A stretch of DNA of 64,000 nucleotides from NCBI GenBank assembly GCA_001643675.2, contig LSRY02000077.1, positions 34,983-98,982 on the forward strand, written 5' to 3'. This document shows, one piece after another, positions 35,053 to 46,473 of the stretch (the first letter of the stretch is position 1; the number at the start of each line of letters is the position of its first letter). Origin of the DNA: Monocercomonoides exilis PA203. Its lineage: Eukaryota; Protista; Preaxostyla. Both the position numbers and the translations under genes were made by a program. Below the pieces are notes generated by a model. The model saw only the letters and a program-made list of their open reading frames with translations. It was not told the origin of the DNA and ran no database searches.

Positions 35053-35997
35053 ATGTCACAAATTGAAAACTTCAGAAGCAGAGCATATTGTTTCACGTTA
35101 AACAATTATACAAACGATGAATTTGAACACATAAAGCACATAGACTGCAGATATTTAGTTGTTGGCGAAGAAGTAGGCGCAATGGGTACACCGCATTTAC
35201 AAGGTTACGTTCATTTTAAAAATCAGAAGTCCTTTCATACCGTAAAGCTAATGATAAGCGAAAGGTGTCACTTAGAAGCTGCCAAGGGATCCCCAGATGA
35301 CAATCGGAAGTATTGCACCAAAGAAAATAAATTCTTTGAAAAAGGAGAGTTACCACAGCAAGGTAAACGTTCAGATATTGATAAAGCAATATCAATGATT
35401 CAAGAAGGAAAATCAATCACAGAAGTGGCCAAGGAAATGCCAAAGCAAATCGTACTGCACGGAAAAGGATTATCTCACTTAGCTAACATTCTACATGAAG
35501 AGCAGCAAGGAGACAGGACAGAAAGAAGGGAAAATTACTGGCTGTGGGGAAAAACAGGCTCAGGAAAAACTACTTACGTTAAAAATAAAGCAAAAGAATT
35601 GAAGGAATCATTAGGTTGGAGATGCTACTATTGGCCTGTATCTCCTGGGTTTTTCACTAACTACACTAATCAAGAAATCGCTGTATTCGACGACTTCGAC
35701 CCCCATACCATGGACTTTAAAATGTTCTTAAAGATTACAGATCCTTGGTGTAATCCAGCTATAAACACCAAAGGAGATTCTGGTACTTTTACTTCAAACT
35801 TAGTTTTCTTCACCGCTACAGAACCCGCAGAAACAATATTAAAGGGATGCGTAGACACAGATGACCAAATGGGTCAGGTTTCTAGAAGAATTAAAAATAT
35901 TCATGTTCCTAACGATTTACAAGAACCTAACCTAGACGATGAAACAGCACCTACTCAACCCGATAACGAATATGACCCTTTTATTAATCAACTTTAA
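35053..35997 (+). CDS. rep: Replication-associated protein (HUH endonuclease + SF3 helicase), 314 aa, copy 2
   Basis: Motif I CFTLNN, II PHLQGY, III YCTK, Walker A GKTGSGKT, Walker B VFDDF, motif C region LVFFTAT, Arg finger VSRRI. Confidence 0.97.
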   Translation: MSQIENFRSRAYCFTLNNYTNDEFEHIKHIDCRYLVVGEEVGAMGTPHLQGYVHFKNQKSFHTVKLMISERCHLEAAKGSPDDNRKYCTKENKFFEKGELPQQGKRSDIDKAISMIQEGKSITEVAKEMPKQIVLHGKGLSHLANILHEEQQGDRTERRENYWLWGKTGSGKTTYVKNKAKELKESLGWRCYYWPVSPGFFTNYTNQEIAVFDDFDPHTMDFKMFLKITDPWCNPAINTKGDSGTFTSNLVFFTATEPAETILKGCVDTDDQMGQVSRRIKNIHVPNDLQEPNLDDETAPTQPDNEYDPFINQL

Positions 35998-36097
35998 TTT
36001 TAAATTTTTATTTTAACTTCACTTTTAATATTTAATTCCCAATAGGGTGCAAAAATGCGTGAATTGATTTTTTTATAATAATAATAAAAAAAAAATA

Positions 36098-37294
36098 TTA
36101 ATTATCATCATGTAAAATAGTAAAAGAAGAGGAGGGCCCAGGAGTAGAACCGGTAGCGCTACTTCCACCACGTGGTTCATTTCCGATTCCACCACTGACC
36201 TCCTCAGATTCCTTAACAATAGCATTAGGTCTAGTTCCCTGACTAGTAAAAATTGTTCCCACAGGTTCATATACACCAGTTTGTATATCTTCTAAAGGCA
36301 TTCCATTAACATACCTAAAGTAATTAACTTGATCATATTTATAACTTAATGTACATTGAGCTGACTGAGATGCACTTTCAAATAAATCATGAAATTTATC
36401 CTCAGCTCCAAATCCTCCTAAAATATAAATTGTATAATACCACCTATTTGGCTCCGTTTCTTGAGTCCATAACGTCTTCATATTTGGATATATATTAAAA
36501 TGAAATTGAGTTACCCAATTAGTATCAGCACTTATTCTAAGTAACTTATCCATAAATAATTGCGCATTAAGGTTAGCCAACCAAGTCCTTTTAAATCCTT
36601 TAACATAACCTGATGTTAAAAGATAGGGTCTCTTAAACATAGACCATACATTATTTCCCAAATCTAAATTTGAACCCCACTTCCTAAATATTATAACTCT
36701 AGCATAAGCATGTGACCACTTATTCATATCTTCATCAACATTAAATGGTGATACATTAAAAATAAAATTATAACTTATTTTATATAAATTATAATTAGAC
36801 TTCATATGTTGCACCAAACTAGGCATAGTACCATTAATATTAATATATGTAATAGAACCAGAAGGATAATTTAAACTACCACCTGAACTCATTGTCATAT
36901 TATACATATAAATCACTCCAGTTGCACCTTGTGTAGATCGATAGTCTATTGGTCTATTCTTATACAACCAATTAAAATATCTACGTTTCCTTATTCTATA
37001 TCTCCTACGTAATCTTCTACGTAAACGCCTTCCTCTTCTTCTCCTACGTCTTATTTTTATACCCGTTCCAGTTTGCTTTACCTGTTTCCAATTGGGAACT
37101 CTACCTTGTCCTGCTTTTCTTATAGTACTATATAACTTACGTCGATTATGCCATTGCCATAAAGCTGTGGCTGCTCCTCTAATTAACCCTGACCCCCCTG
37201 CATATTTCACTAACCTAGCTGCAGGTCTAGCAATATTAGTAACATTTCTAGCTAAAGTAGCTGCTGTTGATGAATATGGCAATATAGCTGCCAT
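36098..37294 (-). CDS. cap: Putative capsid protein, copy 2
   Basis: Identical translation to copy 1. Confidence 0.85.
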   Translation of the reverse strand: MAAILPYSSTAATLARNVTNIARPAARLVKYAGGSGLIRGAATALWQWHNRRKLYSTIRKAGQGRVPNWKQVKQTGTGIKIRRRRRRGRRLRRRLRRRYRIRKRRYFNWLYKNRPIDYRSTQGATGVIYMYNMTMSSGGSLNYPSGSITYININGTMPSLVQHMKSNYNLYKISYNFIFNVSPFNVDEDMNKWSHAYARVIIFRKWGSNLDLGNNVWSMFKRPYLLTSGYVKGFKRTWLANLNAQLFMDKLLRISADTNWVTQFHFNIYPNMKTLWTQETEPNRWYYTIYILGGFGAEDKFHDLFESASQSAQCTLSYKYDQVNYFRYVNGMPLEDIQTGVYEPVGTIFTSQGTRPNAIVKESEEVSGGIGNEPRGGSSATGSTPGPSSSFTILHDDN

Positions 37295-37349
37295 AAAAAA
37301 TGACGTGGAAAAAAAGGAATTTTATGATCAAAAATGAGACATATAAAAT

Positions 37350-37760
37350 TTAATTATGGTACACTATTTCTGGAACATAAACCCTAGTATCCCAAATACC
37401 ATTAAATAACATATATATTCGATGATGTTCCTTAAAAGCTGCATCAAATAACGGTTTAACCCTTTTATAAACCATCTTAAACAAAGCTTGCCTCCTTCTA
37501 TGAGCACTACCTACTCTTCTCAAAGCACGCGGCCTTTTCCTATTTCTAATAGTTAATATTCTCCACAATACATTAAATTCTTCAAGACATTTAGCTACAA
37601 CTTCATTACATCGTTCCATATACCAATCGATATTCTCCATTTGCATCTTCCACGCACGCGTCCAACGAGGTGCCCACATAACATCTACATCTTCAATAAA
37701 TGCCTTCCGAGAAAGTGGAATATCACCTAACCAATCATCATTATCGATATTAAACGCCAT
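37350..37760 (-). CDS. Viral ORF3, copy 2
   Basis: Identical translation. Confidence 0.8.
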   Translation of the reverse strand: MAFNIDNDDWLGDIPLSRKAFIEDVDVMWAPRWTRAWKMQMENIDWYMERCNEVVAKCLEEFNVLWRILTIRNRKRPRALRRVGSAHRRRQALFKMVYKRVKPLFDAAFKEHHRIYMLFNGIWDTRVYVPEIVYHN

Positions 37761-37910
37761 ATATAATATTTTTTGATCTGACCCTTAATAATTTCCGACC
37801 TCTCAGAAGTCTCAGAAGTTGCCGATAGGTAATACTAAACTATCGGCAACTAATTATGGGTTCGGAAAAATTTTTGATCTGACCCATAAAATAATATTTA
37901 ATTTACCTGA

Positions 37911-38855
37911 ATGTCACAAATTGAAAACTTCAGAAGCAGAGCATATTGTTTCACGTTAAACAATTATACAAACGATGAATTTGAACACATAAAGCACATA
38001 GACTGCAGATATTTAGTTGTTGGCGAAGAAGTAGGCGCAATGGGTACACCGCATTTACAAGGTTACGTTCATTTTAAAAATCAGAAGTCCTTTCATACCG
38101 TAAAGCTAATGATAAGCGAAAGGTGTCACTTAGAAGCTGCCAAGGGATCCCCAGATGACAATCGGAAGTATTGCACCAAAGAAAATAAATTCTTTGAAAA
38201 AGGAGAGTTACCACAGCAAGGTAAACGTTCAGATATTGATAAAGCAATATCAATGATTCAAGAAGGAAAATCAATCACAGAAGTGGCCAAGGAAATGCCA
38301 AAGCAAATCGTACTGCACGGAAAAGGATTATCTCACTTAGCTAACATTCTACATGAAGAGCAGCAAGGAGACAGGACAGAAAGAAGGGAAAATTACTGGC
38401 TGTGGGGAAAAACAGGCTCAGGAAAAACTACTTACGTTAAAAATAAAGCAAAAGAATTGAAGGAATCATTAGGTTGGAGATGCTACTATTGGCCTGTATC
38501 TCCTGGGTTTTTCACTAACTACACTAATCAAGAAATCGCTGTATTCGACGACTTCGACCCCCATACCATGGACTTTAAAATGTTCTTAAAGATTACAGAT
38601 CCTTGGTGTAATCCAGCTATAAACACCAAAGGAGATTCTGGTACTTTTACTTCAAACTTAGTTTTCTTCACCGCTACAGAACCCGCAGAAACAATATTAA
38701 AGGGATGCGTAGACACAGATGACCAAATGGGTCAGGTTTCTAGAAGAATTAAAAATATTCATGTTCCTAACGATTTACAAGAACCTAACCTAGACGATGA
38801 AACAGCACCTACTCAACCCGATAACGAATATGACCCTTTTATTAATCAACTTTAA
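37911..38855 (+). CDS. rep: Rep, copy 3
   Basis: Identical to copy 2. Confidence 0.97.
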   Translation: MSQIENFRSRAYCFTLNNYTNDEFEHIKHIDCRYLVVGEEVGAMGTPHLQGYVHFKNQKSFHTVKLMISERCHLEAAKGSPDDNRKYCTKENKFFEKGELPQQGKRSDIDKAISMIQEGKSITEVAKEMPKQIVLHGKGLSHLANILHEEQQGDRTERRENYWLWGKTGSGKTTYVKNKAKELKESLGWRCYYWPVSPGFFTNYTNQEIAVFDDFDPHTMDFKMFLKITDPWCNPAINTKGDSGTFTSNLVFFTATEPAETILKGCVDTDDQMGQVSRRIKNIHVPNDLQEPNLDDETAPTQPDNEYDPFINQL

Positions 38856-38952
38856 TTTTAAATTTTTATTTTAACTTCACTTTTAATATTTAATTCCCAA
38901 TAGGGTGCAAAAATGCGTGAATTGATTTTTTTATAATAATAATAAAAAAATA

Positions 38953-40149
38953 TTAATTATCATCATGTAAAATAGTAAAAGAAGAGGAGGGCCCAGGAGT
39001 AGAACCGGTAGCGCTACTTCCACCACGTGGTTCATTTCCGATTCCACCACTGACCTCCTCAGATTCCTTAACAATAGCATTAGGTCTAGTTCCCTGACTA
39101 GTAAAAATTGTTCCCACAGGTTCATATACACCAGTTTGTATATCTTCTAAAGGCATTCCATTAACATACCTAAAGTAATTAACTTGATCATATTTATAAC
39201 TTAATGTACATTGAGCTGACTGAGATGCACTTTCAAATAAATCATGAAATTTATCCTCAGCTCCAAATCCTCCTAAAATATAAATTGTATAATACCACCT
39301 ATTTGGCTCCGTTTCTTGAGTCCATAACGTCTTCATATTTGGATATATATTAAAATGAAATTGAGTTACCCAATTAGTATCAGCACTTATTCTAAGTAAC
39401 TTATCCATAAATAATTGCGCATTAAGGTTAGCCAACCAAGTCCTTTTAAATCCTTTAACATAACCTGATGTTAAAAGATAGGGTCTCTTAAACATAGACC
39501 ATACATTATTTCCCAAATCTAAATTTGAACCCCACTTCCTAAATATTATAACTCTAGCATAAGCATGTGACCACTTATTCATATCTTCATCAACATTAAA
39601 TGGTGATACATTAAAAATAAAATTATAACTTATTTTATATAAATTATAATTAGACTTCATATGTTGCACCAAACTAGGCATAGTACCATTAATATTAATA
39701 TATGTAATAGAACCAGAAGGATAATTTAAACTACCACCTGAACTCATTGTCATATTATACATATAAATCACTCCAGTTGCACCTTGTGTAGATCGATAGT
39801 CTATTGGTCTATTCTTATACAACCAATTAAAATATCTACGTTTCCTTATTCTATATCTCCTACGTAATCTTCTACGTAAACGCCTTCCTCTTCTTCTCCT
39901 ACGTCTTATTTTTATACCCGTTCCAGTTTGCTTTACCTGTTTCCAATTGGGAACTCTACCTTGTCCTGCTTTTCTTATAGTACTATATAACTTACGTCGA
40001 TTATGCCATTGCCATAAAGCTGTGGCTGCTCCTCTAATTAACCCTGACCCCCCTGCATATTTCACTAACCTAGCTGCAGGTCTAGCAATATTAGTAACAT
40101 TTCTAGCTAAAGTAGCTGCTGTTGATGAATATGGCAATATAGCTGCCAT
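38953..40149 (-). CDS. cap: Putative capsid protein, copy 3
   Basis: Identical translation. Confidence 0.85.
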   Translation of the reverse strand: MAAILPYSSTAATLARNVTNIARPAARLVKYAGGSGLIRGAATALWQWHNRRKLYSTIRKAGQGRVPNWKQVKQTGTGIKIRRRRRRGRRLRRRLRRRYRIRKRRYFNWLYKNRPIDYRSTQGATGVIYMYNMTMSSGGSLNYPSGSITYININGTMPSLVQHMKSNYNLYKISYNFIFNVSPFNVDEDMNKWSHAYARVIIFRKWGSNLDLGNNVWSMFKRPYLLTSGYVKGFKRTWLANLNAQLFMDKLLRISADTNWVTQFHFNIYPNMKTLWTQETEPNRWYYTIYILGGFGAEDKFHDLFESASQSAQCTLSYKYDQVNYFRYVNGMPLEDIQTGVYEPVGTIFTSQGTRPNAIVKESEEVSGGIGNEPRGGSSATGSTPGPSSSFTILHDDN

Positions 40150-40204
40150 AAAAAATGACGTGGAAAAAAAGGAATTTTATGATCAAAAATGAGACATATA
40201 AAAT

Positions 40205-40615
40205 TTAATTATGGTACACTATTTCTGGAACATAAACCCTAGTATCCCAAATACCATTAAATAACATATATATTCGATGATGTTCCTTAAAAGCTGCATC
40301 AAATAACGGTTTAACCCTTTTATAAACCATCTTAAACAAAGCTTGCCTCCTTCTATGAGCACTACCTACTCTTCTCAAAGCACGCGGCCTTTTCCTATTT
40401 CTAATAGTTAATATTCTCCACAATACATTAAATTCTTCAAGACATTTAGCTACAACTTCATTACATCGTTCCATATACCAATCGATATTCTCCATTTGCA
40501 TCTTCCACGCACGCGTCCAACGAGGTGCCCACATAACATCTACATCTTCAATAAATGCCTTCCGAGAAAGTGGAATATCACCTAACCAATCATCATTATC
40601 GATATTAAACGCCAT
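40205..40615 (-). CDS. Viral ORF3, copy 3
   Basis: Identical translation. Confidence 0.8.
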   Translation of the reverse strand: MAFNIDNDDWLGDIPLSRKAFIEDVDVMWAPRWTRAWKMQMENIDWYMERCNEVVAKCLEEFNVLWRILTIRNRKRPRALRRVGSAHRRRQALFKMVYKRVKPLFDAAFKEHHRIYMLFNGIWDTRVYVPEIVYHN

Positions 40616-40765
40616 ATATAATATTTTTTGATCTGACCCTTAATAATTTCCGACCTCTCAGAAGTCTCAGAAGTTGCCGATAGGTAATACTAAACTATCG
40701 GCAACTAATTATGGGTTCGGAAAAATTTTTGATCTGACCCATAAAATAATATTTAATTTACCTGA

Positions 40766-41710
40766 ATGTCACAAATTGAAAACTTCAGAAGCAGAGCATA
40801 TTGTTTCACGTTAAACAATTATACAAACGATGAATTTGAACACATAAAGCACATAGACTGCAGATATTTAGTTGTTGGCGAAGAAGTAGGCGCAATGGGT
40901 ACACCGCATTTACAAGGTTACGTTCATTTTAAAAATCAGAAGTCCTTTCATACCGTAAAGCTAATGATAAGCGAAAGGTGTCACTTAGAAGCTGCCAAGG
41001 GATCCCCAGATGACAATCGGAAGTATTGCACCAAAGAAAATAAATTCTTTGAAAAAGGAGAGTTACCACAGCAAGGTAAACGTTCAGATATTGATAAAGC
41101 AATATCAATGATTCAAGAAGGAAAATCAATCACAGAAGTGGCCAAGGAAATGCCAAAGCAAATCGTACTGCACGGAAAAGGATTATCTCACTTAGCTAAC
41201 ATTCTACATGAAGAGCAGCAAGGAGACAGGACAGAAAGAAGGGAAAATTACTGGCTGTGGGGAAAAACAGGCTCAGGAAAAACTACTTACGTTAAAAATA
41301 AAGCAAAAGAATTGAAGGAATCATTAGGTTGGAGATGCTACTATTGGCCTGTATCTCCTGGGTTTTTCACTAACTACACTAATCAAGAAATCGCTGTATT
41401 CGACGACTTCGACCCCCATACCATGGACTTTAAAATGTTCTTAAAGATTACAGATCCTTGGTGTAATCCAGCTATAAACACCAAAGGAGATTCTGGTACT
41501 TTTACTTCAAACTTAGTTTTCTTCACCGCTACAGAACCCGCAGAAACAATATTAAAGGGATGCGTAGACACAGATGACCAAATGGGTCAGGTTTCTAGAA
41601 GAATTAAAAATATTCATGTTCCTAACGATTTACAAGAACCTAACCTAGACGATGAAACAGCACCTACTCAACCCGATAACGAATATGACCCTTTTATTAA
41701 TCAACTTTAA
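40766..41710 (+). CDS. rep: Rep, copy 4
   Basis: Identical to copy 2. Confidence 0.97.
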   Translation: MSQIENFRSRAYCFTLNNYTNDEFEHIKHIDCRYLVVGEEVGAMGTPHLQGYVHFKNQKSFHTVKLMISERCHLEAAKGSPDDNRKYCTKENKFFEKGELPQQGKRSDIDKAISMIQEGKSITEVAKEMPKQIVLHGKGLSHLANILHEEQQGDRTERRENYWLWGKTGSGKTTYVKNKAKELKESLGWRCYYWPVSPGFFTNYTNQEIAVFDDFDPHTMDFKMFLKITDPWCNPAINTKGDSGTFTSNLVFFTATEPAETILKGCVDTDDQMGQVSRRIKNIHVPNDLQEPNLDDETAPTQPDNEYDPFINQL

Positions 41711-41808
41711 TTTTAAATTTTTATTTTAACTTCACTTTTAATATTTAATTCCCAATAGGGTGCAAAAATGCGTGAATTGATTTTTTATAATAATAATAAA
41801 AAAAAATA

Positions 41809-43005
41809 TTAATTATCATCATGTAAAATAGTAAAAGAAGAGGAGGGCCCAGGAGTAGAACCGGTAGCGCTACTTCCACCACGTGGTTCATTTCCGATTC
41901 CACCACTGACCTCCTCAGATTCCTTAACAATAGCATTAGGTCTAGTTCCCTGACTAGTAAAAATTGTTCCCACAGGTTCATATACACCAGTTTGTATATC
42001 TTCTAAAGGCATTCCATTAACATACCTAAAGTAATTAACTTGATCATATTTATAACTTAATGTACATTGAGCTGACTGAGATGCACTTTCAAATAAATCA
42101 TGAAATTTATCCTCAGCTCCAAATCCTCCTAAAATATAAATTGTATAATACCACCTATTTGGCTCCGTTTCTTGAGTCCATAACGTCTTCATATTTGGAT
42201 ATATATTAAAATGAAATTGAGTTACCCAATTAGTATCAGCACTTATTCTAAGTAACTTATCCATAAATAATTGCGCATTAAGGTTAGCCAACCAAGTCCT
42301 TTTAAATCCTTTAACATAACCTGATGTTAAAAGATAGGGTCTCTTAAACATAGACCATACATTATTTCCCAAATCTAAATTTGAACCCCACTTCCTAAAT
42401 ATTATAACTCTAGCATAAGCATGTGACCACTTATTCATATCTTCATCAACATTAAATGGTGATACATTAAAAATAAAATTATAACTTATTTTATATAAAT
42501 TATAATTAGACTTCATATGTTGCACCAAACTAGGCATAGTACCATTAATATTAATATATGTAATAGAACCAGAAGGATAATTTAAACTACCACCTGAACT
42601 CATTGTCATATTATACATATAAATCACTCCAGTTGCACCTTGTGTAGATCGATAGTCTATTGGTCTATTCTTATACAACCAATTAAAATATCTACGTTTC
42701 CTTATTCTATATCTCCTACGTAATCTTCTACGTAAACGCCTTCCTCTTCTTCTCCTACGTCTTATTTTTATACCCGTTCCAGTTTGCTTTACCTGTTTCC
42801 AATTGGGAACTCTACCTTGTCCTGCTTTTCTTATAGTACTATATAACTTACGTCGATTATGCCATTGCCATAAAGCTGTGGCTGCTCCTCTAATTAACCC
42901 TGACCCCCCTGCATATTTCACTAACCTAGCTGCAGGTCTAGCAATATTAGTAACATTTCTAGCTAAAGTAGCTGCTGTTGATGAATATGGCAATATAGCT
43001 GCCAT
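41809..43005 (-). CDS. cap: Putative capsid protein, copy 4
   Basis: Identical translation from the ATG at 43005. Confidence 0.85.
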   Translation of the reverse strand: MAAILPYSSTAATLARNVTNIARPAARLVKYAGGSGLIRGAATALWQWHNRRKLYSTIRKAGQGRVPNWKQVKQTGTGIKIRRRRRRGRRLRRRLRRRYRIRKRRYFNWLYKNRPIDYRSTQGATGVIYMYNMTMSSGGSLNYPSGSITYININGTMPSLVQHMKSNYNLYKISYNFIFNVSPFNVDEDMNKWSHAYARVIIFRKWGSNLDLGNNVWSMFKRPYLLTSGYVKGFKRTWLANLNAQLFMDKLLRISADTNWVTQFHFNIYPNMKTLWTQETEPNRWYYTIYILGGFGAEDKFHDLFESASQSAQCTLSYKYDQVNYFRYVNGMPLEDIQTGVYEPVGTIFTSQGTRPNAIVKESEEVSGGIGNEPRGGSSATGSTPGPSSSFTILHDDN

Positions 43006-43059
43006 AAAAAATGACGTGGAAAAAAGGAATTTTATGATCAAAAATGAGACATATAAAAT

Positions 43060-43470
43060 TTAATTATGGTACACTATTTCTGGAACATAAACCCTAGTAT
43101 CCCAAATACCATTAAATAACATATATATTCGATGATGTTCCTTAAAAGCTGCATCAAATAACGGTTTAACCCTTTTATAAACCATCTTAAACAAAGCTTG
43201 CCTCCTTCTATGAGCACTACCTACTCTTCTCAAAGCACGCGGCCTTTTCCTATTTCTAATAGTTAATATTCTCCACAATACATTAAATTCTTCAAGACAT
43301 TTAGCTACAACTTCATTACATCGTTCCATATACCAATCGATATTCTCCATTTGCATCTTCCACGCACGCGTCCAACGAGGTGCCCACATAACATCTACAT
43401 CTTCAATAAATGCCTTCCGAGAAAGTGGAATATCACCTAACCAATCATCATTATCGATATTAAACGCCAT
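43060..43470 (-). CDS. Viral ORF3, copy 4
   Basis: Identical translation. Confidence 0.8.
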   Translation of the reverse strand: MAFNIDNDDWLGDIPLSRKAFIEDVDVMWAPRWTRAWKMQMENIDWYMERCNEVVAKCLEEFNVLWRILTIRNRKRPRALRRVGSAHRRRQALFKMVYKRVKPLFDAAFKEHHRIYMLFNGIWDTRVYVPEIVYHN

Positions 43471-43619
43471 ATATAATATTTTTGATCTGACCCTTAATAA
43501 TTTCCGACCTCTCAGAAGTCTCAGAAGTTGCCGATAGGTAATACTAAACTATCGGCAACTAATTATGGGTTCGGAAAAATTTTTGATCTGACCCATAAAA
43601 TAATATTTAATTTACCTGA

Positions 43620-44564
43620 ATGTCACAAATTGAAAACTTCAGAAGCAGAGCATATTGTTTCACGTTAAACAATTATACAAACGATGAATTTGAACACATA
43701 AAGCACATAGACTGCAGATATTTAGTTGTTGGCGAAGAAGTAGGCGCAATGGGTACACCGCATTTACAAGGTTACGTTCATTTTAAAAATCAGAAGTCCT
43801 TTCATACCGTAAAGCTAATGATAAGCGAAAGGTGTCACTTAGAAGCTGCCAAGGGATCCCCAGATGACAATCGGAAGTATTGCACCAAAGAAAATAAATT
43901 CTTTGAAAAAGGAGAGTTACCACAGCAAGGTAAACGTTCAGATATTGATAAAGCAATATCAATGATTCAAGAAGGAAAATCAATCACAGAAGTGGCCAAG
44001 GAAATGCCAAAGCAAATCGTACTGCACGGAAAAGGATTATCTCACTTAGCTAACATTCTACATGAAGAGCAGCAAGGAGACAGGACAGAAAGAAGGGAAA
44101 ATTACTGGCTGTGGGGAAAAACAGGCTCAGGAAAAACTACTTACGTTAAAAATAAAGCAAAAGAATTGAAGGAATCATTAGGTTGGAGATGCTACTATTG
44201 GCCTGTATCTCCTGGGTTTTTCACTAACTACACTAATCAAGAAATCGCTGTATTCGACGACTTCGACCCCCATACCATGGACTTTAAAATGTTCTTAAAG
44301 ATTACAGATCCTTGGTGTAATCCAGCTATAAACACCAAAGGAGATTCTGGTACTTTTACTTCAAACTTAGTTTTCTTCACCGCTACAGAACCCGCAGAAA
44401 CAATATTAAAGGGATGCGTAGACACAGATGACCAAATGGGTCAGGTTTCTAGAAGAATTAAAAATATTCATGTTCCTAACGATTTACAAGAACCTAACCT
44501 AGACGATGAAACAGCACCTACTCAACCCGATAACGAATATGACCCTTTTATTAATCAACTTTAA
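43620..44564 (+). CDS. rep: Rep, copy 5
   Basis: Identical to copy 2. Confidence 0.97.
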   Translation: MSQIENFRSRAYCFTLNNYTNDEFEHIKHIDCRYLVVGEEVGAMGTPHLQGYVHFKNQKSFHTVKLMISERCHLEAAKGSPDDNRKYCTKENKFFEKGELPQQGKRSDIDKAISMIQEGKSITEVAKEMPKQIVLHGKGLSHLANILHEEQQGDRTERRENYWLWGKTGSGKTTYVKNKAKELKESLGWRCYYWPVSPGFFTNYTNQEIAVFDDFDPHTMDFKMFLKITDPWCNPAINTKGDSGTFTSNLVFFTATEPAETILKGCVDTDDQMGQVSRRIKNIHVPNDLQEPNLDDETAPTQPDNEYDPFINQL

Positions 44565-44663
44565 TTTTAAATTTTTATTTTAACTTCACTTTTAATATTT
44601 AATTCCCAATAGGGTGCAAAAATGCGTGAATTGATTTTTTATAATAATAATAAAAAAAAAATA

Positions 44664-45860
44664 TTAATTATCATCATGTAAAATAGTAAAAGAAGAGGAG
44701 GGCCCAGGAGTAGAACCGGTAGCGCTACTTCCACCACGTGGTTCATTTCCGATTCCACCACTGACCTCCTCAGATTCCTTAACAATAGCATTAGGTCTAG
44801 TTCCCTGACTAGTAAAAATTGTTCCCACAGGTTCATATACACCAGTTTGTATATCTTCTAAAGGCATTCCATTAACATACCTAAAGTAATTAACTTGATC
44901 ATATTTATAACTTAATGTACATTGAGCTGACTGAGATGCACTTTCAAATAAATCATGAAATTTATCCTCAGCTCCAAATCCTCCTAAAATATAAATTGTA
45001 TAATACCACCTATTTGGCTCCGTTTCTTGAGTCCATAACGTCTTCATATTTGGATATATATTAAAATGAAATTGAGTTACCCAATTAGTATCAGCACTTA
45101 TTCTAAGTAACTTATCCATAAATAATTGCGCATTAAGGTTAGCCAACCAAGTCCTTTTAAATCCTTTAACATAACCTGATGTTAAAAGATAGGGTCTCTT
45201 AAACATAGACCATACATTATTTCCCAAATCTAAATTTGAACCCCACTTCCTAAATATTATAACTCTAGCATAAGCATGTGACCACTTATTCATATCTTCA
45301 TCAACATTAAATGGTGATACATTAAAAATAAAATTATAACTTATTTTATATAAATTATAATTAGACTTCATATGTTGCACCAAACTAGGCATAGTACCAT
45401 TAATATTAATATATGTAATAGAACCAGAAGGATAATTTAAACTACCACCTGAACTCATTGTCATATTATACATATAAATCACTCCAGTTGCACCTTGTGT
45501 AGATCGATAGTCTATTGGTCTATTCTTATACAACCAATTAAAATATCTACGTTTCCTTATTCTATATCTCCTACGTAATCTTCTACGTAAACGCCTTCCT
45601 CTTCTTCTCCTACGTCTTATTTTTATACCCGTTCCAGTTTGCTTTACCTGTTTCCAATTGGGAACTCTACCTTGTCCTGCTTTTCTTATAGTACTATATA
45701 ACTTACGTCGATTATGCCATTGCCATAAAGCTGTGGCTGCTCCTCTAATTAACCCTGACCCCCCTGCATATTTCACTAACCTAGCTGCAGGTCTAGCAAT
45801 ATTAGTAACATTTCTAGCTAAAGTAGCTGCTGTTGATGAATATGGCAATATAGCTGCCAT
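44664..45860 (-). CDS. cap: Putative capsid protein, copy 5
   Basis: Identical translation from the ATG at 45860. Confidence 0.85.
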   Translation of the reverse strand: MAAILPYSSTAATLARNVTNIARPAARLVKYAGGSGLIRGAATALWQWHNRRKLYSTIRKAGQGRVPNWKQVKQTGTGIKIRRRRRRGRRLRRRLRRRYRIRKRRYFNWLYKNRPIDYRSTQGATGVIYMYNMTMSSGGSLNYPSGSITYININGTMPSLVQHMKSNYNLYKISYNFIFNVSPFNVDEDMNKWSHAYARVIIFRKWGSNLDLGNNVWSMFKRPYLLTSGYVKGFKRTWLANLNAQLFMDKLLRISADTNWVTQFHFNIYPNMKTLWTQETEPNRWYYTIYILGGFGAEDKFHDLFESASQSAQCTLSYKYDQVNYFRYVNGMPLEDIQTGVYEPVGTIFTSQGTRPNAIVKESEEVSGGIGNEPRGGSSATGSTPGPSSSFTILHDDN

Positions 45861-45914
45861 AAAAAATGACGTGGAAAAAAGGAATTTTATGATCAAAAAT
45901 GAGACATATAAAAT

Positions 45915-46325
45915 TTAATTATGGTACACTATTTCTGGAACATAAACCCTAGTATCCCAAATACCATTAAATAACATATATATTCGATGATGTTCCTTAA
46001 AAGCTGCATCAAATAACGGTTTAACCCTTTTATAAACCATCTTAAACAAAGCTTGCCTCCTTCTATGAGCACTACCTACTCTTCTCAAAGCACGCGGCCT
46101 TTTCCTATTTCTAATAGTTAATATTCTCCACAATACATTAAATTCTTCAAGACATTTAGCTACAACTTCATTACATCGTTCCATATACCAATCGATATTC
46201 TCCATTTGCATCTTCCACGCACGCGTCCAACGAGGTGCCCACATAACATCTACATCTTCAATAAATGCCTTCCGAGAAAGTGGAATATCACCTAACCAAT
46301 CATCATTATCGATATTAAACGCCAT
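45915..46325 (-). CDS. Viral ORF3, copy 5
   Basis: Identical translation. Confidence 0.8.
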   Translation of the reverse strand: MAFNIDNDDWLGDIPLSRKAFIEDVDVMWAPRWTRAWKMQMENIDWYMERCNEVVAKCLEEFNVLWRILTIRNRKRPRALRRVGSAHRRRQALFKMVYKRVKPLFDAAFKEHHRIYMLFNGIWDTRVYVPEIVYHN

Positions 46326-46473
46326 ATATAATATTTTTGATCTGACCCTTAATAATTTCCGACCTCTCAGAAGTCTCAGAAGTTGCCGATAGGTAATACT
46401 AAACTATCGGCAACTAATTATGGGTTCGGAAAAATTTTGATCTGACCCATAAAATAATATTTAATTTACCTGA

